Below are positions 26,891 to 39,925 of a DNA stretch of 64,000 nucleotides, one piece after another (position 1 is the stretch's first letter; each line of letters starts with the position of its first letter). This DNA is from the human T2T-CHM13v2.0 reference genome, Homo sapiens. Under the pieces are notes generated by a model that saw nothing but the letters and a program-made list of their open reading frames with translations, made no database searches and was not told where the DNA came from. Position numbers and translations under genes: made by a program. Location of the stretch: assembly GCF_009914755.1 (NCBI RefSeq), contig NC_060936.1; one strand, given 5' to 3'.

Positions 26891-29800
26891 TACTTAGGTA
26901 GAAATCAAAATTTTTACATAGAGGAGAAAAACAGTATGCTTCAATTGGTATTGCCTTTCTACTTTCCTTCCATCTTTCTTTCCTCCCCGTCTTCCTTCCT
27001 TCTTTCCTTTTGTCCCTCACTAAACATTTATTGAAATTCCACTACATGCCAGGAATTATGCTAGCCATCGAAATATGTGCTTTGATTTTTTAAAAATATT
27101 CTAACCCTGGTAGCTATCTATTCTTTCCTGCTAGAGACAGAGAGGGCTAGTATACCAGCGTGAACTGTTAGCAGCTCTTTTGCTAGTATCTGAAGACATC
27201 AAGAGAGAAGCATTAACTGGAATGTTAGAAATAGTTTAAAAAGTATAGGTACTAGCAAGCCAAGCTTCTGGTGTCTTCATAGATGAGAAAACTGAGCTCT
27301 GAGGTGATATATAACTTCAAAATGTCCTATAGCCAGTTAACCAGAGAGCCAAGACTCAAACCTGTGGTTTCTGGGTGTCTCACAATCTCTTTCCATAAAT
27401 GCTCCTATTTTTTCTACCCAACAGCCTGGACAGAGTGCTTAGGGAGTGAGTCACTGATAGGCCACATATTGTCTCAGCATCTTGTGTGGTGTGTTGCATG
27501 CCAAATGTTTCTGCTCAGCTTCCCTTCTCTTCCCATCTGCAAAATTGTATTCACTTATACTGTGGGCAAGGGTGGGGGATGGGAGGTGCACTGAACCTAG
27601 AACTGACAAAAGTCAAACTCCAACCAGCACATCTGGCTTGCAGGCGTTCCCCACAGCCTCAGAGATGCGGCCTCGCATGGGAATGGAGACTTTTGTCCTG
27701 CGGCCTTAGCAGTCCTCTGAGACTCTGGCCATCTGGGACTGGTGACAAAGTCCTGGTCTCTGACCTCAGCTGCCCATGGGCTACTTCTCCCTGTCCCATC
27801 ACTCTTTCTGGTCTGCTGACTTGCTGGCAAACCTGAAGCCATTTTCCTTGGAATCCGAGCGAAGGTTACAGACTGTCCGTAACGCATAGTCTTCAATTTT
27901 CCCAAGGACTGAAGCAAGGATGTAAAAAGACCTCTTTCCTCACACTTAGCCCTGTTTTGGAATCGTGGCCCATTGGATTCTTATAGCCTGCCCATTTAAA
28001 TAACAAAGTGAGCTCCTGGCATGGATACAGACTAAGAAGCCGAGGCCCTGGCCTGGCTCTGACACCTATGCACTGTGGGGCCCTCAACAAATCATCCACT
28101 TCTCTAGGTCTCAGTCCTCATTTGCAATAATGAGATACTTCACCCATCCTTCCCAGCTTGCAATACTGTGACATTTGTCTTTTCAGCATTCAACACATCG
28201 CCAGGTATCTATTAACCACCAACCAGGTGTCCAGTACTCTGCTAGTGGATATAAGCAGAGCTCTCCAGCTTTTTTTTTTTTTTTTTTTTTCATAGAATGG
28301 GACACATACAAAGTGATTTGCAAAATTCACCAGAATAAATTAATGAGGCCACCTGCAGCCAGAGGTCATGTCCTGATGCTCCAGACCCCACTCAGTGGTC
28401 CTGAGAACCGAGGACATCAGGGTCTTGGGACATCATAAAAAGGACTGCAGCACCCTGGTCAGGCAGTGCGGCTGAAGGATCCCGAGTTTCTCTACGCTGC
28501 CTCTGTCAGCCAGGAGTTTACACTGTAGCCAGGGAAGTATGATGCCCAAAACAGTGTTGAACAACTAACATGGCACTTGCATAAGAGTTACAGTAATTCA
28601 AGGATGGGGAGATCAGTGTGGTGAAGCAGTCTGGGCAGGCTTCCTGGAGGAATGGCCCCAGCACAGAAGTGGTTGACTTGGATTTCATCAGCATCAAGGC
28701 AGGAGCAGAGAGTGACAGAGGACAGACCCCTATGGGGAGAATCGGGAGCTCTGAATTCCTGTTCTGACTCCACCTCTGAATCATTCTGCCTCCGCTCTCT
28801 GTGTGTACCTCTCCTCTTTTATTCACCAATGGCAGCTGCGGGATCTGCTGAGCTAACCTCAAAGGCTGCCATGAAATTCAAACGAGACAGTGTATCTAAA
28901 GACATTCATCGGGAACTAAGTACCACATTAATATCAGGGACAATCATTAGCCGTGGATCAGGAAAGCTAATGCAAACCTTATGATCATAGGAGTTTTCCC
29001 TGCTGAGTTCATCGATGGATGGCAAGTGCTTAGGACAGCGCCTGGCTCACAGTGGAAACTTTACAAATTGTTATTGAATGAAAGGGAAAGGGAGGACTTG
29101 ACCAGCTTCTCATCCTGGGCAAGATGGGGATGCAGGAGCTGGTGTGGCCTAGACAAAACTAGATTCTTCAGGGACGATCTCCCTGGGTGCATGGCCTCGG
29201 TCCAGCTGGGAGTCCTTTGCTTCCCTTGGTAACTGCCTGCCTCAGCCACTGCCTCTCTGGGGAACCCGGGGCTTTCATCTCCCCCCTACCTGCCGGAAGC
29301 CAGAGTGCTGACCCTGACCGGGAGGCCGATTTTAAAGAGCAGGCTCCTAAAGTGGCCTCCTTTTCTCAGGTGATTTATATGATCCAGCGTGCATGCTGAA
29401 GGAGAGCATTTAACTTGGATACAATTTAGAATTTTGTTTTTCTCTGAGTTTTTGATTCTGTTCTTTCCTCCTTTGGCTTGAGATTGCAATAAAAGGCAAG
29501 ATTACCTGGAATAAATACCAGACTGGCTGTATGTTTGGTGAGAGACTGAAGCCGATGAGATTGGAGCCAAGAATGCAAGAGAGACAGCGTGCATGAGAAC
29601 GAGGTGTCTGCCGGTCCTGCCTCTTCCAGGCGGTCTGTCCCCTTCCCCATCTGGCTGTTCTTCTCTGGGTGCCTCAGTCTCCACCTCCCTGCCCCGTCTT
29701 CTCCTACGCCTCCTGCTCAATCCTCAACAGAGATGGGGAATGTGTCCCTCCCGCTTAGGATGCTGTTCACCGCAGAACAGGATTCTGCTTTTTGGTTGCC

Positions 29801-30104
29801 CAGGCAGGCTGTCCAAATAGCCACCAAGACTATGCAGCAATTTAATCTCTTTCCAGGAACTCCAGGCCTGTAGTTTATGGTAAAAATGGCTTGTTCCTGT
29901 CTAGGAACACCGACTCTCACTTCAGAGGGCGACTCAGACTTCCTTAGACTCTACGGAAGCTCTAGGAAGTCTTAATGGGAAGGGGGATTTAAAAAATGTC
30001 AGGAGGGGCATGTGGGCTTCTCAAGGGAAGAGAGCAGAGGCAATATTAGACATTTCATAACATTTGGACACCTACTCTTCCTGTTCTTCATATTTTCTTG
30101 CAGC

Positions 30105-30255
30105 TTTGAAAGGTGTTATTGTCTCCATTTTACAGATGAGATGAGGAGACCGAGGCTCGGAGAGGCTTATGCATTTGCCCAAGACTCTACAACTCCACAA
30201 CTTAACAGGTACCTCTAGAACTGTCTGACTCCAAAGCCTCTGTTCTTTCTACTTT
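30105..30255 (-). mobile_element. MIR
   Basis: ctccattttacagatgag...gaggctcggagagg...ttgcccaag...ctgtctgactccaaagcc. Confidence 0.7.
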
Positions 30256-30524
30256 TCCAGGAGTAGGGTAGAGAAAGGTCTGGAGTCCACAGAGTTTCGT
30301 GTGCTATTTATGATACCCTAAGGTGGCACCAGAACATCGTGATTGGGTCTGGGTGTTGCCCCAGGGACTCAAGCACCCTTTCCGATGGCCTCCCACCAAA
30401 CCCAGGGCCTCACTCGGATTCTGAACCCTCAACCTTGAGGAAAATGCAGAATCGGAAGGCGGAGGGGGAGGGGGGGTTCCGAGGAGAGTCCGTGAAAATG
30501 GCAAAAAGATTGATAAAAATAAAA

Positions 30525-31142
<618 letters not shown>

Positions 31143-31259
31143 CTAAGATGTGCATTTGAGAACACATCAAAGATAAGGGGGAGATGGATTTAACTGCCCA
31201 GTTCATATGGAATGAAGTTGCTATGTGTTCTTCTATTGATGTCAGGTGCCCAGACGTGA

Positions 31260-31440
31260 CAGCAATAAATCGAGAGGGATATTTATGTAAACAAAAGAAA
31301 TATAAATAGATGGGAGAGAGTAAACTAAATATAAACTCTCAGTTCAAATCACTGTGAGAACAGCCAATGCTATTTTCAGAGGGGGTGTGTAAGTGCATGC
31401 AGGGTGCTATTTATGGCCAGAAGGTTGTATGTAAACTCTG
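31260..31440. promoter_or_regulatory. Candidate enhancer: FOX/CDX-HOX/MEF2-like motif cluster
   Basis: GCAATAAA 31262, ATGTAAACAA 31285, GTAAAC 31320 and 31431, TTTATGGCC 31410, in non-repeat sequence. Confidence 0.35.
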
Positions 31441-32819
31441 ACAGTCCAGCGGCTGCTTTCAATGGCGTGCCATTCAACTCAAGCTGAAGTGGCCTATTGC
31501 TTTCTCATCCCCACAGGGAAGAAAACAAGACAGAAAGAAAGAACAAGGAATGTTTTTCCTCTCGCCATGCACGTCTAGCTGTGCACAGTCTCACACTTTT
31601 ATCGCTTTCCTTCTTGACCATCACTCCTTAAGTCCTGTACATTCTCTAAAGCTGAGTTAAGGTGCATGAGGACACCTTCAGGACCCTGATGCACCCCCAT
31701 CTAGTCTGTGTTCCCGGACACCCCTGTAACACCCAGGCACATTCACGCATGTTACATATATTTTCTCTTGGACTACCTTTCTGTCCCTCTGACTATACTG
31801 TGAGCTCCCCAAGGGCAAGGCTATGGCTTGCATTCCTGAGCTAAGCAATAATAGGTGCTCAGATTTGGTTTGTTCACCCCATTAATCCCTGACCCAAGGG
31901 AAGTGTGAACTTGAACGTGTAGCAGGAAAGGGATTTATCAGACAGAGGGAGATTTTCTTTTTAAAGATGAGGGTGCTAGGAGACTGAGCCATGCTTCAGC
32001 TCTTGCTCAGAGGCAGGGGATGGCAGCAATAACCTCTTAAATCCGGCCCCTCCCTCTCAGAGATTTTTCCTGTCTTTGAAGGAAGGTCTCAATGGTGAGT
32101 CAATGATGAATCTAATCCACGTTTCCTCTTCTTGCAGGCAATTGCATCTAGCATATAATGTGTTGGTTATCCCCAGAACACAGAGCAGTGCATCTCCACA
32201 GCGAGAATTCCAGAACAGGTAGGAAATTCCTTGTCTTTGGGGTTTTACTTTTGCATGTTTCCCAGAAGGGGGCAGCATCTCCCTGAGATTTCTTCCCTTT
32301 GGCGGTACAATCCTTTCCAGCAGCCTTTAAGGAAGGGCAGATTCAGAAATCCGGAGAATTGCCTCAGTCTCTGCCATTCAGATTCACTAGAGGAGTGGGA
32401 ATGGGCAAAGGGTGGCCTGTAGACTGGAGAACAAGTGTCTTCAGAATGACGTGTGCCCACGGTGGTCCAAGAACACGGTCCCACCCAGAACATGGTCCCG
32501 CCAGAGGCATCAGAGGGCTCAGGTCCTCAGTGTTTGTGAACCTACCAGGGTTTTTGTGCCCCGATGCCCGAGAGGTTCAAGATTTGAAAGTCAAGGGTTG
32601 TACAGAGGGGCTGTCTGGATGGGAAATTTTGCTGTGCTCTTCTCTCATCTATTTGGGCACCTGGAGGGCACACAGCTGCATCTGCGGCAGAGCCTTAGAG
32701 GGCAGATGGCTTACTCAGTGACTTAGCTAGTTACAGCTGGGACTAGCACTGAGGTCAGCCTGCTAGGATCTGTCAGGTGCTCTCCCAACCACCTGGGACT
32801 GCCAAGGTCAAGAGACATG

Positions 32820-33035
32820 CAATAATACCCGTTTTCCATGATTTTTACTCTCTGCAGTTTCAGTTACATGAAGTCAGTTGAATTTCAAAGATAGGTGAGC
32901 ACAGTACAGCAAGGTAGAGACCACAATCACAAAACTTGTATTGCAGTATATTGTTACAATTGTTCCATTTGATTATCAGTTATTGCTGTAAATCCCTCAC
33001 TTAATTAATAAAGTGTCACATTGAGGGTTGGAACT
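32820..33035 (+). mobile_element. MER44A-like (TcMar-Tigger) MITE
   Basis: gtttcagttacatg...aaagataggtgagcacagtacagcaag...gagaccacaatcacaaaacttgtattgcagtatattgttacaattgttcc. Confidence 0.75.
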
Positions 33036-34554
33036 GGCGTTCTCACTCAGCAAAGCTCTGACCAAAGTTTAGCATTAGGCCAGCCTTGCTGCACACCGCA
33101 CCAGGGACAGCACATTTGCGGTGTGCACTGGGCAAGTGCACAAGGGTGTACATTTGCTTCCCTTCCCGCTCCTGGCACCTGCGGGCTGGTCTCCTCCGCG
33201 TGTGCTGGGAAGTCATCAGAACAGCTTTCAAGCATCCTAAGGCCAGCCCGCACTCCCAGATTATATTTTGATACCCATTTACCTTCTACTGCTCTTCCGA
33301 TCAGCATTTACTCTGCATTTCCTGGTCTTTGTGGTTTGTCAGCTCCTTCACGTTGCTTTCGCTTAGCTGGCGTGTGTGAGGATGAATGAAGAGAGTTAAA
33401 AGCCTCCCAACCTCTGGCGCGCTGGAACAGTTCCCTGAATGTGGGGCTGCTGTGAACTGCTGTCATCGCAACATCTATCAAAAACATCTCTTGCCCCCAG
33501 GACACGACAGAGTTTTGAAAGTGTTTCTGCCCTACGTTGCTTATGCAGATACTTGGGAGAGAGCTTCCTCCATTTCTGTCTGGTTTTTGGACAAATTCTT
33601 CAGATTGTAAGATGTTCAGCATTCTGGGTTGTTTGACTGTGGAAACGCACGGGAGCTCTTGCGGTGTAGACTCTAGCCCCAGTTCTATTGCCAATCTGTC
33701 AGGGCCCTAGCAGGCATCACTGCTGTTCTTTAAGACTTACTCTTGCCAACCTCCTGTTGCACCTCTGGAAACAGGACGAGAATGATTTTTTCTGCCAGTG
33801 AGTTGAGAAAAGTTGTCACACTGAAAGTACCAACTGAATAAGGTCAGAGAATCAAGGAAGCAAGTGCCTGTGGAGGTTGATGAATCAACAGAAAAATATT
33901 ACCATATTGGATGTCCACCCGCCTATGTTTAAATCTTCATCTGAGAAAGGGGTGAAGTGTTGGAAAGCATTTAAAATCTGCAAAGATGGGAAATGAGATA
34001 ACGACCTGGGTCCTCTGGGACAGGACATGCCAGTGCTGGTTCTTGAGAGGACAGCTGCTCCAACAGCCGGGCTCTCCAGAATATGCCGCCGTGGGCTTCG
34101 GCCTGGCAGCAGGGCCCCTGGAGGAGCCTGGCACCCAACAGGCGCTCTGTAAATATTTGGGAAGTGAGTGGACGAGTGACTGTCCCTGGTTTGGGCTGGT
34201 GCCATTTAGAGGGCAACCAGAGTGCAGGGAAGGGAGGAGCTTGGGCAAGAGGGACATTGCTGTCGCTGGTTGATGGTGAGATGGCACTTAATGAGAACCT
34301 GGTCATTGGGAAAGCCCCAAGCCTGCGTCTTGCTGTGATGCCTTCCCCATTATGAAGGGTCCATTGGCATGGGAGTGGGGAGACCTGGACTCAGAGAAGC
34401 TACAAGGGCAAGGGTGGAAAGGCATAGCTTCTGCAAGTTGATGCTGAAAAAGATCCAAGACTCATATTCAGCAGACAGCCCATAACCAAGAGCCAAGGAA
34501 AACTTTGCCTCTGCTTCTTCTACTGGACTCTCTTGGGCTATCCTTTCATGTCTT

Positions 34555-34925
34555 TATTTTTCTCAAAATAGCTCTATGTTCCTTTCTTTAAAAATTAAAA
34601 TATAGCAAAATTGACTTTCGGGGGTTTTATAGCTCCATGAGCTTTAACATATATGTAGGATCATGTAACCACTACTATTATCAGAATACAGTACAGTTCC
34701 ATGACCCCAAAGAACTCCTTCATGCTACTACTCCCTTTGTAGTCATACTCTCTCCATATTTCTAACCCCGGCAACCAATGATCTTTTCTCTATTACTATA
34801 GTTTTATCTTTTTGAGGATGTCATATGAATGAATTTATACAGCATGTAATTTTCTGAAACTAGCTTCTTTCACTCAGCATTATGCCTTTGAGATTCACCC
34901 AAGCTATTGTAACAATAGTTTATTA
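34555..34925 (-). mobile_element. L1M (MA/MB) 3' fragment
   Basis: catgtaaccactactattatcagaatacagtacagttccatgacccca...gcttctttcactcagcattatgcctttgagattcaccc. Confidence 0.75.
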
Positions 34926-34929
34926 TTAT

Positions 34930-35439
34930 TTATTTTATTTTTCTTTATATTATTATTTTTTATTTCAATAGTTTTTAGGGTGGATGAGTTCTTTACTGGT
35001 GAATTCTGAGATTTTAGTGCACCCATCACCCAAACAGTGTACACTGTACCTAATATGTAGTCTTTTATCTCTCACCCTCCTCTCAACTTCTCCGCCAAGT
35101 TCCCACAGTCCTTTATATCACTGTATATGTTTTTGCTTCCCTATAGCTTAGTTCCCACTTATAAGTAAGAATGTACAGTATTTGGGTTTCCATTCCTGGG
35201 TTACTTTACTTAGAATAATGACCTGCAGCTCCATCCAAGTTGCTGCAAAAGACATTACTTTCTTCCTCTTTATGGCTAAGTAGTTTTCCATGGTGGATAT
35301 ATACTACATTTTCTTTATCCACTCACTGATCGATGTGGACTTAGGTTGCTTCCGTATCTTTGCAATTGTGAATTGGGCTGCCATAAACATGTGTGTGCAG
35401 GTGCCTTTTTCATAAAATGACTTCTTTTCCTTTGGGTAG
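34930..35439 (-). mobile_element. L1PB-type 3' end
   Basis: tttatttcaatagtttttaggg...ggtgaattctgagattttagtgcacccatcaccc...ccatccaagttgctgcaaaagac. Confidence 0.85.
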
Positions 35440-35857
35440 TGTATTAGTCAGGGCTCTCTGAAGGAACAGAATTAATAGGATATATGTATATAGGAAGGGG
35501 AGTTTATTAGAAAAATTGACTCACACGATCACAAGGTGAAGTCCCAACATAGACCATCTACAAGCTGAGGAGCAAGGAAGTCAGTGCAAGTCCCAAAACC
35601 TCAGAAGTAGGGAAGCTGACAGTGCAGCCTTCAGTCTTTGGGCAAAGGCCGAAGAGCCCCTGGCAAATCACTGGTGTAAGTCCAAGAATCCAAAAGCTGA
35701 AAAACCTGGAGTCTGATGTTTGAAGGCAGGAAGCATCCAGCACGGGAGAAAGATGGAGCCTGGAAGACCCAGCAAGTCTGCTATTCCGCCTTCTCCTGCC
35801 TCCTTATCCTAGCTGCACTGGCTGCTGATTAGGTGATGCCCACCCAGATTGAGGGTG
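35440..35857 (-). mobile_element. MLT2A2-like (HERV-L) LTR, 5' part missing
   Basis: tgtattagtcagggctctct...gaagtagggaagctgacagtgcagccttcagtc...gcaggaagcatccagcacgggagaaagatg; ends abruptly at cagattgagggtg. Confidence 0.85.
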
Positions 35858-36175
35858 TTTAGTTGCTTGTGTTAGTTTGCTGAGGATGATGGTTTCCAGC
35901 TTCATCCATGTCCCTGCAAAGGACATGAACTCATCCTTTTTAATGGCTGCATAGTATTCCATGGTGTATATGTGCCACATTTTCTCTATCCAGTCTATCA
36001 TTGATGGGCATTTGGGTTGGTTCCAAGACTTTGCTATTGTGAATAGTGCTGCAATAAACATACATGTGCGTGTGTCTTTATAGTAGAATGATTTATAATC
36101 CTTTGAGCATATACCCAGTAATGGGATTGCTGGGTCAAATGGTATTTCTGGTTCTAGATCCTTGAGGAATCATCA
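35858..36175 (-). mobile_element. L1PA fragment (ORF2 C-terminus, no 3'UTR or polyA)
   Basis: ORF 35804-36061 reads MFIAALFTIAKSWNQPKCPSMIDWIEKMWHIYTMEYYAAIKKDEFMSFAGTWMKLETIILSKL. Confidence 0.92.
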
Positions 36176-36759
36176 TGGCCATATATTATTCCTCTGCATC
36201 AGGGTCTTAAGTTAGGAATGATATCGTATCACAATTTCATATATGTCCTGACTTTTAAGACCATGTACAGGGTAGAAGCACATGCTGGTTGCCTATAATA
36301 TTGGGACTTCAACTTCCAGTTGACTTGATGATAAACTAAGGGGAAAATGATAGCTCCATGACTACATGAGACAGACCCATTCACATGTGACTGCTCATTC
36401 TGTAGAGCGTCTTCCGTTGACAAGATGTTCTGGAAGTAAAAAGACCAGGGACCTTGAGAAGCTGCAAGAAATGTGAGGGTGACCTAGGGAACTAGAAGGG
36501 GAAGTTTGCAGCTAGTTGGACTCTGGAAATTCCAGTTCCTCCCACTTACTCATGCTGGGACCCCAAGTTGCTAAGTGACAGAGGAGGAGTAGGAGGAGTG
36601 GGAGGCAGAAAGTATGGTGAAAATGTACTTGGGAAAGGAGGATTGGTGATGTGCCACTGGTATTCAACACAGAGTAGAAGCCAAACTAGGTCACCTAAGG
36701 ATTTAGGTATGAGGGTCCCTGAGCTTCCATGGGAGTAGCAGATTTCTTGAATGTTGGGA

Positions 36760-36925
36760 CTAGAAGCATCTCTAGAGGTCAAGTGGTCCAATCCCCTCAT
36801 TTGAAAATAAACAAGTGAGACTGCAGGAGGGAAAGTGACCTTACCCTAGAGTCATCCAGCTAGTTACTGGCTGAGTTGGCACACAAACTCAGAACTTTCA
36901 GTCCCAGGTACTTTTCTAACTCTAC
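36760..36925 (-). mobile_element. MIR (MIR3/MIRc-like)
   Basis: tctagaggtcaagtggtccaatcccctcattt...gggaaagtgaccttaccctagagtcatccagctagtta. Confidence 0.6.
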
Positions 36926-37099
36926 CTCTTATTGATGGAAGTCGAGATCTAAACGTAGAGATAGGGTTATAGAATCACAGAAGCATTAAAATCTCTCAAC
37001 ACTAATGGAGAAAGAAAAAAGTTGGGAAAGATAGCCATCCCTAATCTAAAGTTGGAAAGTTCAAATTGCATACATTTTTAATTGACAATATAATTTGTA

Positions 37100-37345
37100 C
37101 AACCAATGTTAGCTGAGTACTTATCATGTGCCAGACAATTTTCTACATGCTTTTCATGAGTCAGCTGGTTGAACCCTTTCAACCACTCTATGAAATAGGT
37201 GCTAGTATTATTTGTAGTTTATGGATATGAAAACTAAGGCACATGGAAATTAAGTAAGCTGCCTAAGGTTGCACAGCCACTAAATGGCAAAAGTGGAATT
37301 CAGACATAGGCAATGTAATTTCAGAGCAACCCACTGAACTACAAG
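37100..37345 (-). mobile_element. MIR
   Basis: gagtacttatcatgtgccagac...ctctatgaaataggtgctagtatta...aaactaaggcac...taagtaagctgcctaaggttgcacagc. Confidence 0.75.
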
Positions 37346-38241
37346 CTAAAATGTTCAGTGCAGGCAGAATACCAATTAGGTGCTCCCATCTTTATTCTTC
37401 ATGTGGAGAACACTACAATTGCCAGAACAAAATCTATTGCTACCACCATCAACTGGGTACCTGGACATCAGAAGACTTGAGCGTCCTGGTGTCTTGGAGG
37501 TAGGCCTAGGAATCAAAAGCGTGTATGCTGTCTTTAAAAGGGAACATTCTGGTTGTTCTAAAAACCACTCATGCTGAAAAGAAAGCTGACTACTCACCCC
37601 AATCACCAGCGTTTTCTTCTCCCACTTACTCTACTGCCCTGGGCAATGTGCCAGGGTCTATAAAGCATATTCATTCCCAATTCTTTTATAATTCTGTTCT
37701 TCCATTGTTAGCCTTCTGAGTATTACCTAGTGCCCACAAAGCATATAAAATTAATTTCTGCTGCCTTACTTGACATTTATATTTGAGAGGCAACTCTGTG
37801 ATGGGGCAGGGAGGTTGTCTGGAAAAACGCTAAGTTAATATCAAGTTGAGAGATGGGTGCCAACTTTTTTCGATTACACAGGGGCATGCGCCAATTCAAT
37901 TATCTGATCATAACTGCCTGCAGTCAGTTGGGACAGCAACTCACTGCCCTGTCAAGGAATTACAGATAATCTGTCAGAAGGGCTTTCATCAAAGATGGGC
38001 TTGGAGAGCCTTCCTCCTGGTCTGTATGCCCACGTCCCTGTTAAGTTCAGATAAAACAACAGGTAGGTTCTCTATACTCCCTTCAACAAGGCCCAAGGAA
38101 AATAGAAACTTCCAAAAAAGAAGCCACCAATAGCATCTGTAACTTCAATTTTCACCAAGTATCATGATATGCTTCCTGTAGCCACCAGCTTGATTTTGTT
38201 TGATAGAGATCAACATTATCAGTTTGTCCCTTCTGAGCTCA

Positions 38242-38252
38242 TGCTGACTCAT
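38242..38252 (-). promoter_or_regulatory. Perfect NRF2/NF-E2/BACH ARE (ATGAGTCAGCA) next to a GC box
   Basis: TGCTGACTCAT at 38242-38252; GGGGCGGG at 38254-38261. Confidence 0.4.
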
Positions 38253-38569
38253 AGGGGCGGGCACGGGATGGTATGAAGGTGAAAGAGGTAATGGGGTTAC
38301 ACACTGGAATAGTCACCACAGGCAATTGATATACCTGTGATACTTCCCATTTCCATTCTTTCCACATTGCAAAGTATTTTTACATCAGTTGTTTATACAT
38401 CTATTCACCAAACCCTTATTGAATGCTTGCCATGTACCAGGTGGAGTACATATTCCCAAGCACACTCTTGGAATATCATAGTAATAAAAATAAAGAAGTT
38501 TGCCCTCATGAACTTACATATAGTAAAGGTTATCTCAAGGGCTTTTCATCATCATCTGTCAGGGAGGTT

Positions 38570-38730
38570 AGACCAAGATCCACTAGTCCCATTTTATGAT
38601 TAAGGTAACAAAACTAAGGCTCAGAGGAGTTAAATGTTCTGTCGGAGGGTGCCCAGCTAGAGAGTGACAGAGCCCTGGAGAACCCAGACACCTGCATCCT
38701 TGTCCATTACTCTTTCTACTGTACCAACTG
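38570..38730 (-). mobile_element. MIR
   Basis: cccattttatga...aaactaaggctcagaggagttaaatg...cagctagagagtgacagagcc. Confidence 0.65.
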
Positions 38731-39616
38731 AAACTACACAGTGAAGACTGGATGGAACCTTCTGAAATCATTTCAGTCATCACCCCTATCCTCCACTCGA
38801 AGCCTCCTAGGAGAATCACATGGCAAGAGAAGAGGAATCCACATGTTTCTGAAGCGTCCTTCCATTCCAGTGAATGATGTCTCTTACTGTTTTGAAGTTC
38901 TGTTATGCCTTTAATTTAAATTCCTTGTGTTACAAGCTCAACACTCCCATCTTCTTTCATTCTCTCAGTGAAAGTGAAATGAGGCATCTTTTATGAACCT
39001 AAAGACGATTCCCCAAACTCCTCATCCTTAAACCATGGACGTACGTTTAAATCCAGTCCTGACTTGTTCTTTCCCCGTTGACAGGGAAAATGTAGGAGGG
39101 GTTAGTCATTTTCCCCCTATTTTCATTCTTCTTACATAGTTAAAATGACTGCCTTATTTATCAGACCAAAATTTAATGGCTAAAACAAGATTTAAGAAGT
39201 AACTCTGGAAGCAGTTGGTAAGTTCATGGGGGAGGCTCCATGATTTGTAGTCAGAATGAGGTTTTGGCAAGCTTCAGTTCACTAAAACCATCTTTCAGAA
39301 ACAAAAATGGAATAAGAAATGTTGAGAGCAGTTTTATCATGATGGAAAGAGTGAGATTTGAAGTAAACACCAGAGTCAGTCTCATCACTGCCATTTAATA
39401 GTTATCTCAGGCTGGTCACGTAAAACTTTCTGAGTATTCATCAACTTCATTGATTAAAAAGGCAATAATAATACCTTGACAGGTTTTTGTTAAAGAAAAT
39501 GATAGGAAATTTGTAGAAGGGATTTCTCCATCCTAGACTGTCCTGTAAATGTTACTTCTTAGTTGCAGAAGAAACTAAGGTATTATGCAAACACTGTTCT
39601 GTCACAATGTCCTTTT

Positions 39617-39925
39617 TTTCTTTTTTCTTTCTTCTTTTTTTTTTTGGACACAGAGTTTCACTCTTTCCCTTAGGCTGCAGTGATTGCTGTGATCTCGGCT
39701 CACTACAACCTCCACCTCCTGGGTTCAAGCGATTCTTGTGTCTTAGCCTACCCAGTGGCTGGGATTACAGGCATGTGCCACCTGGCTAATTTTTGTATTT
39801 TTTTTTAGTAGAGACAGGGTTTTGTCATGTTGGCCAGGCTGGTCTCAAACTCCTGGCCTTGAGTGATCTGCCCACTTCAGCCTCCCAAAGTGCTGGGATT
39901 ACAGGTGTGAGCCACCGCTCCCAGC
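39617..39925 (-). mobile_element. Alu (AluS/Jb)
   Basis: Reverse Alu; 15-bp TSD TCACAATGTCCTTTT at 39602-39616 and 39926-39940. Confidence 0.93.

Noticed and set aside
35804-36061. L1 ORF2-like peptides (also 10977-11294 and 24362-24715)
   Set aside because: Short fragments of dead LINEs, already covered as mobile elements.
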